A stretch of DNA of 64,000 nt from Alphaproteobacteria bacterium (GTDB taxonomy: Bacteria; Pseudomonadota; Alphaproteobacteria; UBA7887): assembly GCA_965216755.1 (NCBI GenBank), contig CBDCGL010000011.1, positions 3,808,001-3,872,000 on the forward strand, written 5' to 3'. Below, piece by piece: positions 47,862-59,126 of the stretch. Numbering within the stretch: the first letter of the stretch is position 1; each line of letters opens with the position of its first letter. Position numbers and translations under genes: made by a program. The notes under the pieces were generated by a model. The model searched no databases and had not been told where the DNA came from. It saw nothing but the letters and a program-made list of their open reading frames with translations.

Positions 47862-48610
47862 CACGTCGCCGTGCCCAAATAGGCGTCGCGCACGCGCGGG
47901 TCAGCCCGGATGTCGGCGACGCTGCCGGTGGTCAGAAGTTGTCCCTGGACCAATACGGAGACGCGGTCAGCCAGTGCGAATACGGCCGCCATGTCGTGTT
48001 CGACCAGTAGGATCGGCGCGGTTGTCTTCATGGTCGATAGCAGTTCGACCAGTTTGGTCGTATCCGCGGCATCAAGCCCGGCCATCGGTTCATCGAGCAA
48101 GAAGGCTTTCGGCTGCAGCGCCAGGGCGCAGGCAAGTTCCAATTGACGCCGTTCGCCGTGGGACAGGGCGGCCGCCGGCACCGGCGCGCGACTTTCCAGC
48201 CCCACCTGACGTAGGCACGCCAGGGCGGGGTTGATCAATGTCGGGTCGTCATGAACCCGTCGCCAAATGTTGAATGGCCGCTGTTGGCGCCCTTGCACGG
48301 CCAGCATGACATTGGCGCGCGCCGACAGCGCCATGGCCAGCGACGACACCTGAAACGTCCGGCCGAGGCCAAGTTGGGCGCGCCGCGCAACAGACAGTTT
48401 GGTGATATCGCGCCCGGCCAAAGTCACCGTGCCACGGTCAGGCCGCACCCAGCCGGTGACCAAGCTGATCAACGTCGACTTGCCGGCGCCGTTAGGGCCG
48501 ATCAGCGCGTGGATCTCGCCAGGGTGCAACGCCATACTGACATCGTCGATGGCGTGCAGCGCGCCAAACGCCTTGCGCAGGCCGGAGACGGTCAGAATCG
48601 GCTCAGGCAT
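47861..48610 (-). CDS. Liv-type ABC transporter ATPase (LivG-like)
   Basis: GPNGAGKST, LSHGERRQ, LLDEP, VEHDM, AYLG. Confidence 0.92.
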   Translation of the reverse strand: MPEPILTVSGLRKAFGALHAIDDVSMALHPGEIHALIGPNGAGKSTLISLVTGWVRPDRGTVTLAGRDITKLSVARRAQLGLGRTFQVSSLAMALSARANVMLAVQGRQQRPFNIWRRVHDDPTLINPALACLRQVGLESRAPVPAAALSHGERRQLELACALALQPKAFLLDEPMAGLDAADTTKLVELLSTMKTTAPILLVEHDMAAVFALADRVSVLVQGQLLTTGSVADIRADPRVRDAYLGTAT

Positions 48611-49592
48611 AACGCGGTGGGCCCGCGATCAGGCCCAGCACGCCACCACGCGCGAACAACACGATCGCCAGCAGCACCAAACCCAAAATCAATTGCCAAT
48701 GTGGGGTGACGCCGCCGACAAACGTCTCCAGTCCGACAAACACCGTCGCTCCAGCGACCGGCCCAAACAAACGGCCCACACCGCCCAGTATCACGAACAC
48801 CATGATTTCGCCGGACCTGTGCCAACTGAGCATCGATGGTCCGGCAAAGCCATTGAGATCGGCAAACAGCGCACCGGCGAGACCGGTGATCATGGCCGAA
48901 ACCACGAAGGCCGCCAGTTTAATGGGATAGGGCGCGATCCCCACGGTTGCCAAGCGCATCTCGTTCATGCGCCCGGCTTGCAAGGCGACGCCGAAGCGCG
49001 CGCCCATCAACCGCCACGTGAGCAGCAAGGCCAATCCCAAAAACGAATAGCATACCATTGAAAAGGCCAAGGGGTCATTGGAGTCGACGACGGGCACAGT
49101 GTTGCGCAGATAAATTGGCAAACCGTCTTCCCCACCATAAGTCGGCCAAGAAACGGCGAAGTAGAAGATCATTTGCGCGAAGGCCAGGGTGATCATGATG
49201 AATGTCACGCCCGTAGTGCGCAACGATATGGCACCGATCAGCAATCCGGCGAGCCCGGAAACAAGGATGGCGACCAGCCAGACGATAAGCAATTGGTTGG
49301 ATCCCGGAATCGCGAGCGGCCAGGTGGCCAACATCGAACCGTCAAAAGCGTGGCTGGCCAGAATCGCGGCACAATAGCCGCCAAGTCCGAAAAATGCGGC
49401 ATGGCCCAAACTGATCATGCCGCCATAGCCCAACGCCAGATTCAGGCCCACGGCGGCGAGCGCCAATATCGCGACACGGGTGGCAAGGTTCACGTAATAA
49501 GGCTCACCGGCGGCCGCGGCGATAAGCGGCGCCGCCACCAGACCCAAAGCCAACACGCCGTTGCATAGAGTCTCTGGCGACAGCCTAGCCAT
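48603..49592 (-). CDS. Liv-type ABC permease (LivM-like)
   Basis: GYGGMISLGHAAFFG, MITLAFAQ, GGEDG, ILGG.G. Confidence 0.9.
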   Translation of the reverse strand: MARLSPETLCNGVLALGLVAAPLIAAAAGEPYYVNLATRVAILALAAVGLNLALGYGGMISLGHAAFFGLGGYCAAILASHAFDGSMLATWPLAIPGSNQLLIVWLVAILVSGLAGLLIGAISLRTTGVTFIMITLAFAQMIFYFAVSWPTYGGEDGLPIYLRNTVPVVDSNDPLAFSMVCYSFLGLALLLTWRLMGARFGVALQAGRMNEMRLATVGIAPYPIKLAAFVVSAMITGLAGALFADLNGFAGPSMLSWHRSGEIMVFVILGGVGRLFGPVAGATVFVGLETFVGGVTPHWQLILGLVLLAIVLFARGGVLGLIAGPPRYA

Positions 49593-50505
49593 GAACGGGG
49601 AACAGCCCTTTTGGCCGCAGGGCGAGAACCAAGGCCATAAACGCATAGATCAGCATAGAGGCGAGCGCGGCGCCAATTGCGGTGGCGTCGGCTGACTCCA
49701 TGAAAGTCCGGAACAGGGCGGGCAGAAAGACCCGGCCGAGCGTGTCGACGACGCCTACGAGAATGGCGCCGACCAGCGCGCCCTTGATCGAGCCGATGCC
49801 GCCGATCACGATAACCACGAACGCCAAGATCAAGACCGGTTCGCCCATGCCGATCTGTACCGATTGCAGGGCCCCGACCAGCGCGCCCGCCAGGCCCGCC
49901 AGGGCGGCCCCGAGCGCGAATACAATCGTGAACAAGATCCCGATATTGACGCCGAGCGCGCCGATCATTTCACGGTCGGCCTCGCCCGCTCGAATCCGCA
50001 TGCCCAGGCGCGTATGGACGATCAAGCCATACAACCCGAACGCCAAGACAATGCCGACCCCAATGATTGCCAAGCGATAAATCGGATAGCGGCCGCCGCC
50101 AGGTAGGGTCACCGAACCATCGAGGGCCACTGGGATGTCCAACCACAGGGGCTGGGCGCCAAATACCCAGCGCGTTCCCTCAGTAAAGATGAGGATCAAG
50201 GCAAAGGTGGCCAAGACCTGATCGAGATGATCGCGATCATACAGGCGACGCATGACGACCAGTTCAATCACCGCGCCGGCGGCTGCTGCTGCCAAAACGC
50301 CCGCGGCCACGCCCACCCAAAACGAGCCGATCGCGCCGGTGACCCAAGCGCAAACGAACGCGCCGACCATGTAGAGCGAGCCATGGGCCAAATTGATCAA
50401 CCCCATAACGCCGAACACCAGGGTCAGGCCGGCGGCCATGAGAAATAAAGTGACGCCGAGCTGCAGCCCGTTAAGCAGTTGCTCAATCAGAAACGCGGAT
50501 GTCAT
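49585..50505 (-). CDS. Liv-type ABC permease (LivH-like)
   Basis: GLTLVFGVMGLINLAHG, TRLG..IRA, IGGIGS. Confidence 0.92.
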   Translation of the reverse strand: MTSAFLIEQLLNGLQLGVTLFLMAAGLTLVFGVMGLINLAHGSLYMVGAFVCAWVTGAIGSFWVGVAAGVLAAAAAGAVIELVVMRRLYDRDHLDQVLATFALILIFTEGTRWVFGAQPLWLDIPVALDGSVTLPGGGRYPIYRLAIIGVGIVLAFGLYGLIVHTRLGMRIRAGEADREMIGALGVNIGILFTIVFALGAALAGLAGALVGALQSVQIGMGEPVLILAFVVIVIGGIGSIKGALVGAILVGVVDTLGRVFLPALFRTFMESADATAIGAALASMLIYAFMALVLALRPKGLFPVHG

Positions 50506-50514
50506 GCCGCTGTG

Positions 50515-51669
50515 TTACGGCATTTTGCACATCTCGGCAAAGGCGTCGGCATGATTCTCCAGTGCCACCCCGATCAGCTTGTTGGTCGGCCGTTCGGGTC
50601 CGGCGACGACCTCGCGCACATAGATGGTTTGAATCGGGTGATGATTGGGGCCGAACGCGAACGCCCCACGTACCGATTGAAAATCGGCGGCCCGCAAAGC
50701 CGCGCGAAACGAGTCTCTGTCGGATGGATGGGCGCGCTCCAACGCAGACACGATCAAGTTTGCTGTGTCAAACCCTTGAGACGCGTAAAGCGTCGGCATG
50801 CGCCCATAGGCAGCCTTGAACGAACTGACAAAGGCGCGGTTGACGGCCGTATCCAAATCATGGGCCCACTGCGATGTATTCTTGACACCCACCGCCGAAT
50901 CGCCGACCGCGCCTAGAATGATCTCATCAAATGAAAACGCAGGGCCATAGACCGGGATCCCTACGTCGGCCGCCGCATATTGTTTCATGAATGCGATTCC
51001 CATGCCGCCCGGCAGAAAAAAGAATACCGAATCCGGTCGGGCGGCGCGGATTTGCGCGATCTCCGCGGCATAATCAGTTTGGCCAAGCTTGGTATAGATT
51101 TCACCGGCGATGTTATCGCCGAAAAAGCTCTTGAAGCCGGTCAGGGCATCGGTGCCCGCCGGGTAGTTTGGCGCCAAAATGAACGGATTGGCCAGCCCGG
51201 CCGATTTCATATGCGCGCCCATGGCTTCGTGAAGATTGTTGTTCTGCCACGCAACATTGAAATAGTTCGGGTGGCACGCTTTGCCTGCCAAGGCGGATGG
51301 ACCGGCATTCGGCGACAGGTAAAAGACGTCTTGACGCACCGTCGACGGCACCACGGCCATCGCCAGATTTGACCAGATAATGCCGGTCATGATGTCGACC
51401 CGATCTTTTTGAATCAGTTGGTCAGCTAATTGTTTGGCAATATCGGGCTTGCGGGCATCGTCTTTGACGATCACTTCGATATCGGATCGACCGCACTGGG
51501 CCATCGCCAGCATGAAACCATCACGCACGTCAATGCCCAGATGTGATCCGCCGCCGGATAGTGTGGTGATCATGCCGATTTTGATCGGCTGCGCATCGGT
51601 TTGGGCCTCGGCTGGACCGTTGGCGACCAGGCACGCGACAGCGAATAGCGCTGTTAACTTGCGGACCAC
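50515..51669 (-). CDS. Liv-type ABC substrate-binding protein (aromatic acid binding)
   Basis: Signal peptide; KIG..TTLSG, G.IWSN, SPNAGPS, APNYPAG.D. Confidence 0.9.
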   Translation of the reverse strand: MVRKLTALFAVACLVANGPAEAQTDAQPIKIGMITTLSGGGSHLGIDVRDGFMLAMAQCGRSDIEVIVKDDARKPDIAKQLADQLIQKDRVDIMTGIIWSNLAMAVVPSTVRQDVFYLSPNAGPSALAGKACHPNYFNVAWQNNNLHEAMGAHMKSAGLANPFILAPNYPAGTDALTGFKSFFGDNIAGEIYTKLGQTDYAAEIAQIRAARPDSVFFFLPGGMGIAFMKQYAAADVGIPVYGPAFSFDEIILGAVGDSAVGVKNTSQWAHDLDTAVNRAFVSSFKAAYGRMPTLYASQGFDTANLIVSALERAHPSDRDSFRAALRAADFQSVRGAFAFGPNHHPIQTIYVREVVAGPERPTNKLIGVALENHADAFAEMCKMP

Positions 51670-51692
51670 ACCTTTTTCCTCCCCACAAATAC

Positions 51693-53315
51693 TTATGATT
51701 GGCCTTGCCGCAGACGAAATCGTTGCACTTTACCCGTCTGCGTTTTCGGCAGAGCGGCGATGAATCTTACCGACCGCGGATATTTGTACGGCGCGATTGT
51801 CGCTTTGACATGCTCTTGCAATCGTTGGGCGCACGCCGCATCGCCCGTGACACCGTCGGCCAGAACAATATGCGCTTCGACAATCTGGCCGCGTTCGGCA
51901 TCCGCTACGCCGATAACGCCGCACTCGGCGACATCCGGATGCGCAAGCAAAGTCGCTTCAACCTCGGGCCCGGCAATGTTGTAACCGGACGAGATGATCA
52001 TATCGTCGGCGCGGGCGGCGAAGTGAAAGACACCGTCGTCATCTTGCGAAAATGCGTCTCCGGTCAGATTCCAGCCATTGCGGACATAGTTTTCTTGACG
52101 ATCATCGGCAAGATAGCGGCAGCCGGTCGGACCGCGCACGGCGAGCTTGCCAACTTCGCCACGGGGTTTTTCGTTCATGTCGTCATCGACCACCTTGGCC
52201 TCGTAGCCGGTGACCGGACGCCCCGTGGCGGCCGGCTGCGCGTCGCCAAGCCGGTTAGTAATAAAGATATGCAAAAGTTCGGTGGCGCCGATGCCGTCGA
52301 GGATCGGCGTGCCGGTTTTCGTCGTCCAATTTTCAAACACGGGGGCTGGCAAGGTCTCGCCGGCCGAAACCGCCAACCGCAGTGACGACAGATCGGCGCC
52401 ATCGTCCATGGCCGCCATCATCGCCCGATAGGCCGTCGGTGCCGTGAAGCAGATCGTCGCCTTATAGGTTTCGATGATCTCAATCATGTTTGGCGGTGCG
52501 GCGTTTTCCAACAAAGTTGCTGTGGCGCCAAACCGCAGCGGAAAGATCGCCAAGCCACCCAAACCGAACGTGAATGCCAAAGGCGGCGATCCGACGAAAA
52601 CGTCGTCCGGTGTCACGCCAAGCACCTCTTTGGCATATCCGTCGGCGATGATCAGCAAATCGCGATGAAAATGCATGGTCGCTTTGGGCGCACCGGTCGT
52701 GCCCGAGGTAAAACCCAACAGTGCGACGTCATCGCGACCCGTTTGCACGGCATCGAAACGCACCGGCTTGTCAAGTGCGATCCGGTCCAATTCCGCGTCA
52801 TGGTTCGAGGTGCCGTCGAAACCGACCACTTTTTCGAGATAGCGGCTGTCTTTGGCGCACGCCACCAGTTCGTCCATCATGCGCGTGTCGCACAGCGCCA
52901 GCGCCACTTCGGCCTTGTCAACGATCTGTGCCAGTTCGCCCGCGCGCAACAGGGGCATCGTATTGACCACAACCGCGCCGGCTTTGGTCGCCGCCAGCCA
53001 GCACGCGACCATGGCGGGATTGTTACCGGACCGGATCAGCACGCGATGGCCGGGCACGATGCCGTAGTCTTCGACCAGGGCGTGAGCCAGTCGGTTGGTC
53101 CAGTCAGTCAGTTCCTTGTAAGTGCGGCGCCGCCCATTGCCGATCAGCGCGACATGATCACCGAGGCCCTGTGCCACCATGCGATCGGTCAGTTCGACGG
53201 CGGCGTTGAGATGATCGGGATAAGCGAAGCGGTCCATAAGGAAATCAGGCTGCTGCTTGGTCGGCGGCAAATTGTCGCGGGCAAACGTGTCGATATGTGC
53301 GGAGGGTCCCAACAT
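51693..53315 (-). CDS. 2-aminobenzoate/benzoate-CoA ligase
   Basis: SAHIDTFARDNLPP, FTSGTTGAPKATMHFHRD, DGIGATE, APYKYPR, TGK.QRF. Confidence 0.9.
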   Translation of the reverse strand: MLGPSAHIDTFARDNLPPTKQQPDFLMDRFAYPDHLNAAVELTDRMVAQGLGDHVALIGNGRRRTYKELTDWTNRLAHALVEDYGIVPGHRVLIRSGNNPAMVACWLAATKAGAVVVNTMPLLRAGELAQIVDKAEVALALCDTRMMDELVACAKDSRYLEKVVGFDGTSNHDAELDRIALDKPVRFDAVQTGRDDVALLGFTSGTTGAPKATMHFHRDLLIIADGYAKEVLGVTPDDVFVGSPPLAFTFGLGGLAIFPLRFGATATLLENAAPPNMIEIIETYKATICFTAPTAYRAMMAAMDDGADLSSLRLAVSAGETLPAPVFENWTTKTGTPILDGIGATELLHIFITNRLGDAQPAATGRPVTGYEAKVVDDDMNEKPRGEVGKLAVRGPTGCRYLADDRQENYVRNGWNLTGDAFSQDDDGVFHFAARADDMIISSGYNIAGPEVEATLLAHPDVAECGVIGVADAERGQIVEAHIVLADGVTGDAACAQRLQEHVKATIAPYKYPRSVRFIAALPKTQTGKVQRFRLRQGQS

Positions 53316-53316
53316 G

Positions 53317-54471
53317 TCAGGTTCCGTGTGCGGCCAACGACTGCCGCGCAATCACCACTTTCTGGACTTCGGACGCCCCTTCATAGATGCGCAGGGCGCG
53401 GATTTCCCGATACAATCGTTCGACAATATGGCCTGCGCGAACGCCGTCGCCGCCATGGATCTGGACGGCGCGGTCGATCACCTTTTGCGCGTGTTCGGTC
53501 GCGAACAGTTTGGCGATCGACGCCTCGCGGGTCACGCGGGGCGCGCCTCGGTCTTTGGCCCAGGCGGCGCGATAAACCAGCAACGCTGCCGCATCGACGT
53601 CGACGGCACTGTCGGCAATGTGATTTTGGACCATTTGTAATTCGGCCATCGGTGCACCGAACAATTCGCGCTGGCCGGCGCGGGTCAACGACTCGTCGAG
53701 CGCCCGGCGCGCGAAGCCCAGCGCCGCCGCGCCGACGGTGGGCCGAAAAATATCAAGCACGGACATGGCGATTTTAAAGCCATCGCCGGGCGCTCCAACC
53801 ATGGCGTTGGCCGGTAGTCGCACCTGATCCAGTTTCAAGCGCGCCAGCGGATGCGGCGCGATGACGTGCAAGCGCTCGGCGATTTGCAAACCGGGCGTGG
53901 TCGCCGGCACCAAAAATGCAGACAAACCACGCGCGCCGGGCGCTTCACCAGTGCGCGCGAACAGCACATAGAAATCAGCGATACCGCCGTTAGAGATCCA
54001 GGTCTTTTCGCCGCTCAACACATATTCATCGTTATTTCGCTGCGCCGCTGTGTCGATGTTGGCGACATCGGACCCCGACTTCGGCTCCGACAAGGCAAAG
54101 GCGGCGATCGCCGCGCCGGCGCGTGTCTTCGCCAGCCACGCTTTGTGAGCGTCAGTGCCGAACATCCATATGGCGGCGGCGCCGAGCCCCTGCATGGTGA
54201 AGGCGAAATCGGCCAGGCCGTCATGGCGGGCCAGTATCTCGCGGATCAAGCACAAGCTGCGCACATCAAGATGTGTCGGGTGATCGGGATCCGGTGCGGT
54301 ATGAGTCAGCCATCCGTCGCGGCCCAGTTGCGCCACCAAATCTCGGCAGGCTTGGTCGACATCGCCCTCAACCACGGGCAAATGCGTGTCCGTCCACACT
54401 TCGCACGCGGCCGCCAATTGGCGGTGGCGGTCTTCAAAGAACGGCCAAGCCAGAAAGCTTCGGTCGGCCAT
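53317..54471 (-). CDS. Acyl-CoA dehydrogenase (abm-cluster type)
   Basis: [33 protein letters not shown]. Confidence 0.92.
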   Translation of the reverse strand: MADRSFLAWPFFEDRHRQLAAACEVWTDTHLPVVEGDVDQACRDLVAQLGRDGWLTHTAPDPDHPTHLDVRSLCLIREILARHDGLADFAFTMQGLGAAAIWMFGTDAHKAWLAKTRAGAAIAAFALSEPKSGSDVANIDTAAQRNNDEYVLSGEKTWISNGGIADFYVLFARTGEAPGARGLSAFLVPATTPGLQIAERLHVIAPHPLARLKLDQVRLPANAMVGAPGDGFKIAMSVLDIFRPTVGAAALGFARRALDESLTRAGQRELFGAPMAELQMVQNHIADSAVDVDAAALLVYRAAWAKDRGAPRVTREASIAKLFATEHAQKVIDRAVQIHGGDGVRAGHIVERLYREIRALRIYEGASEVQKVVIARQSLAAHGT

Positions 54472-55283
54472 CAATTACCCTCAAACACTGGTTTTTGTTT
54501 GGTGGCAAACGCCTTGTAGGCCCGTTCGAAATCGCGCGTTTGCATGCAAATTGCCTGCGCCTGTGCTTCGGCCTCGATCGCCTGCTCCAGGCTCATCGAC
54601 CACTCTTGGTTCAACTGGGTCTTGGTAATGCCGTGGGCAAAGGTCGGCCCCGCGGCAATTGTGTGGGCGAGGGCAATCGCATCCGACTCGAGCGCGTCCG
54701 CGGGCACAAGGCGGTTGAAGAAACCCCAAGCGGCGCCTTCCTCGGCGGTCATCGTGCGGCCGCTATAAAGAAGCTCGGCGGCGCGGCCCTGGCCGATGAT
54801 ACGCGGCAGAATGGCGCACGCGCCCATATCGCAGCCGGCCAGCCCGACACGCGTGAACAAGAATGCGGTTCGCGCTTCCGGTGTCGCCAAGCGCATGTCG
54901 GACGCCATGGCGATGATGGCGCCGGCGCCAACACATATGCCATCGACCGCCGCGATGATAGGTTTGCCGCAACCGATCATGGCCTTGACAAGATCGCCGG
55001 TCATGCGTGTGAAGGCCAGCAGGCCCTTCATGTCCTTATCGACCAACGGCCCGATGATGTCGTGTACGTCGCCACCCGAACAGAAGTTGCCGCCATTGGA
55101 GGCAAATACCACCGCGTGCACGTCGTCGGCATCGCGCAGGCTGCGAAATGTCGCGCCGAGCTCCGCATAGCTTTCAAAAGTCAGTGGATTTTTGCGTTCC
55201 GGCCGGTCCAATGCGATGACCGCGACGGTCTCATCCATACGCCACCGAAACGTGAATGGTGACAGGTGTGCCATGGTGGTCAT
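54471..55283 (-). CDS. Enoyl-CoA hydratase family protein (abm-cluster type)
   Basis: [27 protein letters not shown]. Confidence 0.9.
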   Translation of the reverse strand: MTTMAHLSPFTFRWRMDETVAVIALDRPERKNPLTFESYAELGATFRSLRDADDVHAVVFASNGGNFCSGGDVHDIIGPLVDKDMKGLLAFTRMTGDLVKAMIGCGKPIIAAVDGICVGAGAIIAMASDMRLATPEARTAFLFTRVGLAGCDMGACAILPRIIGQGRAAELLYSGRTMTAEEGAAWGFFNRLVPADALESDAIALAHTIAAGPTFAHGITKTQLNQEWSMSLEQAIEAEAQAQAICMQTRDFERAYKAFATKQKPVFEGN

Positions 55284-55771
55284 GCGCGCGTCTCCCGCTT
55301 GCTCTCGCTTCCGGCTGTCGCATGCGCCAAGGTTCCCGCGACGATGCGCGCATCGGCGGCGCTGAGCCCGCTTAGCTGGTCGTTGACCCAACCTTCCAAT
55401 GTCGCCGCCATGACACCGAATCGCGTCCGCCCCGCGTCCGTGAGACGCACGGACGACGTTCTTCGATCCCCTTCGCGCAGGGCGCGTATGACAAGTCCAT
55501 CATCCACCAAGCGATCGACGATACCCGTGACGTTGCCGTTCGACACCATGAGAAAACGCGACAGATCCGACATGATCATACCCTCTGGCACGCGATAAAG
55601 CGCGGCCATAACATCGAACCGGGGCAGGGTGGTGTCGAATTCCGTGCGCAATCGGTCGCGCAGCACATGCTCGATGCGGCGGGTTGTGCGCAGCAACCGA
55701 AGCCACAGGCGCAAACGGTCCTTGCTATCCGCGTGGTCGACGTGTGCCGGGGGCTGGTCGTCTTCCGGCAT
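55280..55771 (-). CDS. MarR-family regulator of the abm-type operon
   Basis: [36 protein letters not shown]. Confidence 0.92.
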   Translation of the reverse strand: MPEDDQPPAHVDHADSKDRLRLWLRLLRTTRRIEHVLRDRLRTEFDTTLPRFDVMAALYRVPEGMIMSDLSRFLMVSNGNVTGIVDRLVDDGLVIRALREGDRRTSSVRLTDAGRTRFGVMAATLEGWVNDQLSGLSAADARIVAGTLAHATAGSESKRETRA

Positions 55772-56532
55772 CAGACCTCACCCCCGGACAATGACAAGGC
55801 CTGGCCGGTCATCGCTGCGGCGCCGTCGCCACATAACCAAATGACCGCGTCCGCGACCTCGGCCGGTTGAATCAGGCGGCCGCGTGGATTGTTTGCGGTG
55901 AGCGCAGCGCGCGCCGCGTCTTCGGTTTGGCCGGTCTTGGCCGCGATGTTGGCAAGTGCGCGGTCCAGCATCGGCGTATCGGTGTAGCCGGGACACACCG
56001 CATTGACGGTGATGTTCTGGGGCGCCAGTTCCAAGGCCAAGGCGCGCATCAGCCCGATCACGCCATGTTTGGCCGCGCAATAGGGTGCGACATACGCATA
56101 TCCCTTAAGACCAGCGGTCGAGGCGATGAACAGGATGCGGCCCCAGCCCGCGCTCCGCATGTCGGCCAACGCTGCGCGCGCGGTCAAGAACGCGCCGGTC
56201 AGATTGACCGACAAGCTTGCCTGCCAGTTGTCCAAGGATGTTTTGGCGATGGGCGCACTTTCCGCGTTGCCGGCATTGGCGACAACAATATCGACCGGTC
56301 CATGCTGCGCGCGCGCGCCCGTGAACATCGTTACGACCGCGTCTTCATCGGTGACGTCGGCGCAAACCGGCGCGATGTTAGCGTTGGTTTGCGCGATCTC
56401 GCGCAACGGGGCGTCGCGACGCCCGGCGATCGTGACGGCCGCACCATTGTCGGCCAAGGCGATTGCAATCGCTGCGCCGATGCCGGTACCGCCGCCGGTC
56501 ACCAGGGCATGCTTGCCGGTCAACCCGGTCAT
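55771..56532 (-). CDS. Short-chain dehydrogenase/reductase (3-hydroxyacyl-CoA type)
   Basis: TGGGTGIG, NAG, YCAAKHG, CPGYTDT. Confidence 0.92.
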   Translation of the reverse strand: MTGLTGKHALVTGGGTGIGAAIAIALADNGAAVTIAGRRDAPLREIAQTNANIAPVCADVTDEDAVVTMFTGARAQHGPVDIVVANAGNAESAPIAKTSLDNWQASLSVNLTGAFLTARAALADMRSAGWGRILFIASTAGLKGYAYVAPYCAAKHGVIGLMRALALELAPQNITVNAVCPGYTDTPMLDRALANIAAKTGQTEDAARAALTANNPRGRLIQPAEVADAVIWLCGDGAAAMTGQALSLSGGEV

Positions 56533-56535
56533 CGC

Positions 56536-58830
56536 TCAAACGCGCATGGTTGGTGCGTCACCACGATCGACCAGCCGGCGCAGCTGATCGCGCCCGGCGT
56601 AATACGGTTCCGGCCAGGTTTCCTGATCATCGCCCAAGGCTGCGGCGGCGTGCAAAGTCCAGTAGGGGTTGGCCAAGTGAGGCCGCGCCAGGCACACCAG
56701 ATCCGCGCGGCCGGCCATCAGGATCGAATTGACGTGGTCGGGTTCATAGATGTTGCCGACGGCCATCGTAGCCATACCGGTCTCATTGCGAATCCGATCG
56801 GACAGCGGCGTTTGGAACATACGGCCGTAAAGCGGTCGCGCGCGGGTCGAGGTTTGACCGGCCGAAACATCGCAGACATCAACGCCGGCGGTTTGTAAGA
56901 GCTGGGCGATCGCAACCGAGCCTTCCGGTGTGATGCCATCGTCGCCGACCCAGTCGTTGGCCGAAATCCGAACCGAGATCGGCTTGTCAGCCGGCCACAC
57001 GGCCCGTATGGCGTGAAATACCTCCAGCGGATAGCGCATCCGGTTCTCGAGCCCGCCGCCATAACCGTCGGTGCGCTTATTGGTGAGCGGAGTAATGAAC
57101 GACGAGAGCAAATAACCGTGGGCGCAATGCAGCTCCAGCATGTCGAAGCCGGCGCGGTCGGCCATTTGGGCGGCCGCGACGAACTGGTCGCGCACCCGAT
57201 CCATGTCTGCTCGATCCATGGCTTTGGGAACTTGATTGCGCTCTGACCAAGGAACGGCGGAGGCGCTGATCAGGGGCCAGTTGCCATCTTGCAACGGTGC
57301 GTCCATTTCTTGCCAGCCCAGTTGGGTGGAACCTTTAGCCCCCGAATGGCCTAGCTGACACGCGATCTTGCTGTCGGTCTCGGTGTGGACAAAATCGGTT
57401 AGGCGCCGCCATGCGGCTTCATGTTCCGGCGCATAAAGACCCGTGCATCCGGGCGTTATGCGCGCTTCAGGGCTGACACAGGTCATTTCAGAGATGACCA
57501 GGCCGGCGCCGCCCTTTGCCCGTTCCGCATAGTGAACCAAGTGCCAGTCGGTGGGGCGGCCATCGACCGCCTTATATTGGGCCATCGGCGACACCACGAC
57601 CCGGTTTTTCAGGGCCATGCTGCGCAGTTTGAAGGGGGCAAACATCGGCCGACGGATGCTGTTTGCGGGCGCCGCGCCGGCCTGCCGCTGAAACCACTGT
57701 TCGGCGCTTTCCAGCCAGGTCTGGTCGCGCACGCGCAGGTTCTCATGGCTAATCCGTTGCGATCGGGTCAGCAACGCGTAGTTGAACTGAACCGGGTCCA
57801 AGTCCAGGTAACGCTGAACGTCCTCAAACCACTCCAGCGAATTGCGCGCCGCGGACTGTAGCCGCAACACCTCTAATCGCCGCGTTTCCTGATATTTCGC
57901 CAGCGCCGCCGCCATCGTTGGTTCGCTGTGCAAATAGTCCGCCAAGGCGATCGCGCTTTCCATCGCCAATTTCGAACCCGAGCCAATCGAAAAATGTGCC
58001 GTGGCCGCCGCATCACCCATCAACACGATGTTTTTGTGGTACCACTTTTCGCACAGGACCCGTGGAAAGCTCAGCCAAGCCGAGCCGCGGATATGGTTGG
58101 CGTTGGTCATCAATCTATGACCGCCGAGATGGTCGGCGAATATCCGCTCGCAAACCGCGATCGACTCCGACTGGCTCATAGAATCAAAGCCGAATTTTTC
58201 AAATGTCGCCTGCGCGCACTCGACGATGAATGTCGCGGTGTCGTCGTCAAATTGGTAGGCGTGCGCCCAGATCCAACCATGTTCGGTCTGCTTGAAAATG
58301 AAGGTAAACGCGTCGTCGAACTTCTGATGGGTGCCGAGCCAGACAAACTTGCATTTGCGGACGTCGATCTGGGGTCTGAAATGGTCGGCGTACGCGTCGC
58401 GCGTCTTTGAGTTCAAGCCATCGGCGGCGATCACCAAGTCATAGTCGCGCGCATAGTCCGCGACGCTGTCGACCTCGGTCTCGAAACGCAACGTGACGCC
58501 CAAGTCGCGGGCGCGCTGCTGCAACAAAAGCAACATCTGTTTGCGGCCGATACCACAAAACCCGTGGCCCGTGGACACGGTCTTGTCGCCCTTGTGGTAC
58601 ACCGCGATGTCGTCCCAATAGGCAAAGTTGCGGCGAATCGTTTCGGCGCTTTCCAGGTCGTTCGCGGCTAGATTGTCCAGCGTTTCATCTGAGAGCACGA
58701 CGCCCCAGCCAAAGGTATCATCCGGGCGGTTGCGCTCGATAACCACTACCTCGTGGGTGGGATCGCGCCGCTTCATGCAGATCGCGAAATAAAGACCCGC
58801 GGGGCCACCACCAAGACAAGCGATACGCAT
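56536..58830 (-). CDS. abmA: Bifunctional 2-aminobenzoyl-CoA/salicylyl-CoA monooxygenase-reductase
   Basis: [29 protein letters not shown] monooxygenase half fused to an Old Yellow Enzyme half ([23 protein letters not shown]). Confidence 0.92.
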   Translation of the reverse strand: MRIACLGGGPAGLYFAICMKRRDPTHEVVVIERNRPDDTFGWGVVLSDETLDNLAANDLESAETIRRNFAYWDDIAVYHKGDKTVSTGHGFCGIGRKQMLLLLQQRARDLGVTLRFETEVDSVADYARDYDLVIAADGLNSKTRDAYADHFRPQIDVRKCKFVWLGTHQKFDDAFTFIFKQTEHGWIWAHAYQFDDDTATFIVECAQATFEKFGFDSMSQSESIAVCERIFADHLGGHRLMTNANHIRGSAWLSFPRVLCEKWYHKNIVLMGDAAATAHFSIGSGSKLAMESAIALADYLHSEPTMAAALAKYQETRRLEVLRLQSAARNSLEWFEDVQRYLDLDPVQFNYALLTRSQRISHENLRVRDQTWLESAEQWFQRQAGAAPANSIRRPMFAPFKLRSMALKNRVVVSPMAQYKAVDGRPTDWHLVHYAERAKGGAGLVISEMTCVSPEARITPGCTGLYAPEHEAAWRRLTDFVHTETDSKIACQLGHSGAKGSTQLGWQEMDAPLQDGNWPLISASAVPWSERNQVPKAMDRADMDRVRDQFVAAAQMADRAGFDMLELHCAHGYLLSSFITPLTNKRTDGYGGGLENRMRYPLEVFHAIRAVWPADKPISVRISANDWVGDDGITPEGSVAIAQLLQTAGVDVCDVSAGQTSTRARPLYGRMFQTPLSDRIRNETGMATMAVGNIYEPDHVNSILMAGRADLVCLARPHLANPYWTLHAAAALGDDQETWPEPYYAGRDQLRRLVDRGDAPTMRV

Positions 58831-58865
58831 GATGTTCTCCACCGGCAATGTGTTGTGTAACGGAA

Positions 58866-58900
58866 TTTTCAAAGGTTTGATATTTTAGATATAAACTTTT
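58866..58900. promoter_or_regulatory. AT-rich tandem palindromes upstream of abmA, candidate MarR operators
   Basis: TCAAA-GG-TTTGA and TTTA-GATA-TAAA within about 70 bp of the abmA start. Confidence 0.5.
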
Positions 58901-59126
58901 AATCATAAAGCTTCAACATGACCCGCCTTTGGGGGGCCTATGTGCTGTGCTTCGATCTCAATAAAGTTGACGCACTGGCAATTGGCGGGAATGGCCGAGG
59001 GATCGCGCGCCGGCCTGTGGGTGACGTGACCCCCGACCCGGACGGCCCGCAAGGTAGCGGGGGCATGGTTGCAAGATTGGCAGCGCGAACAAACAGCGCG
59101 GTGCCAATATGACCATCGTCCAGCCG

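Noticed and set aside
58903-59126. Short ORFs between abmA and the esterase
   Set aside because: No RBS, motif or consistent frame; likely promoter/intergenic DNA.
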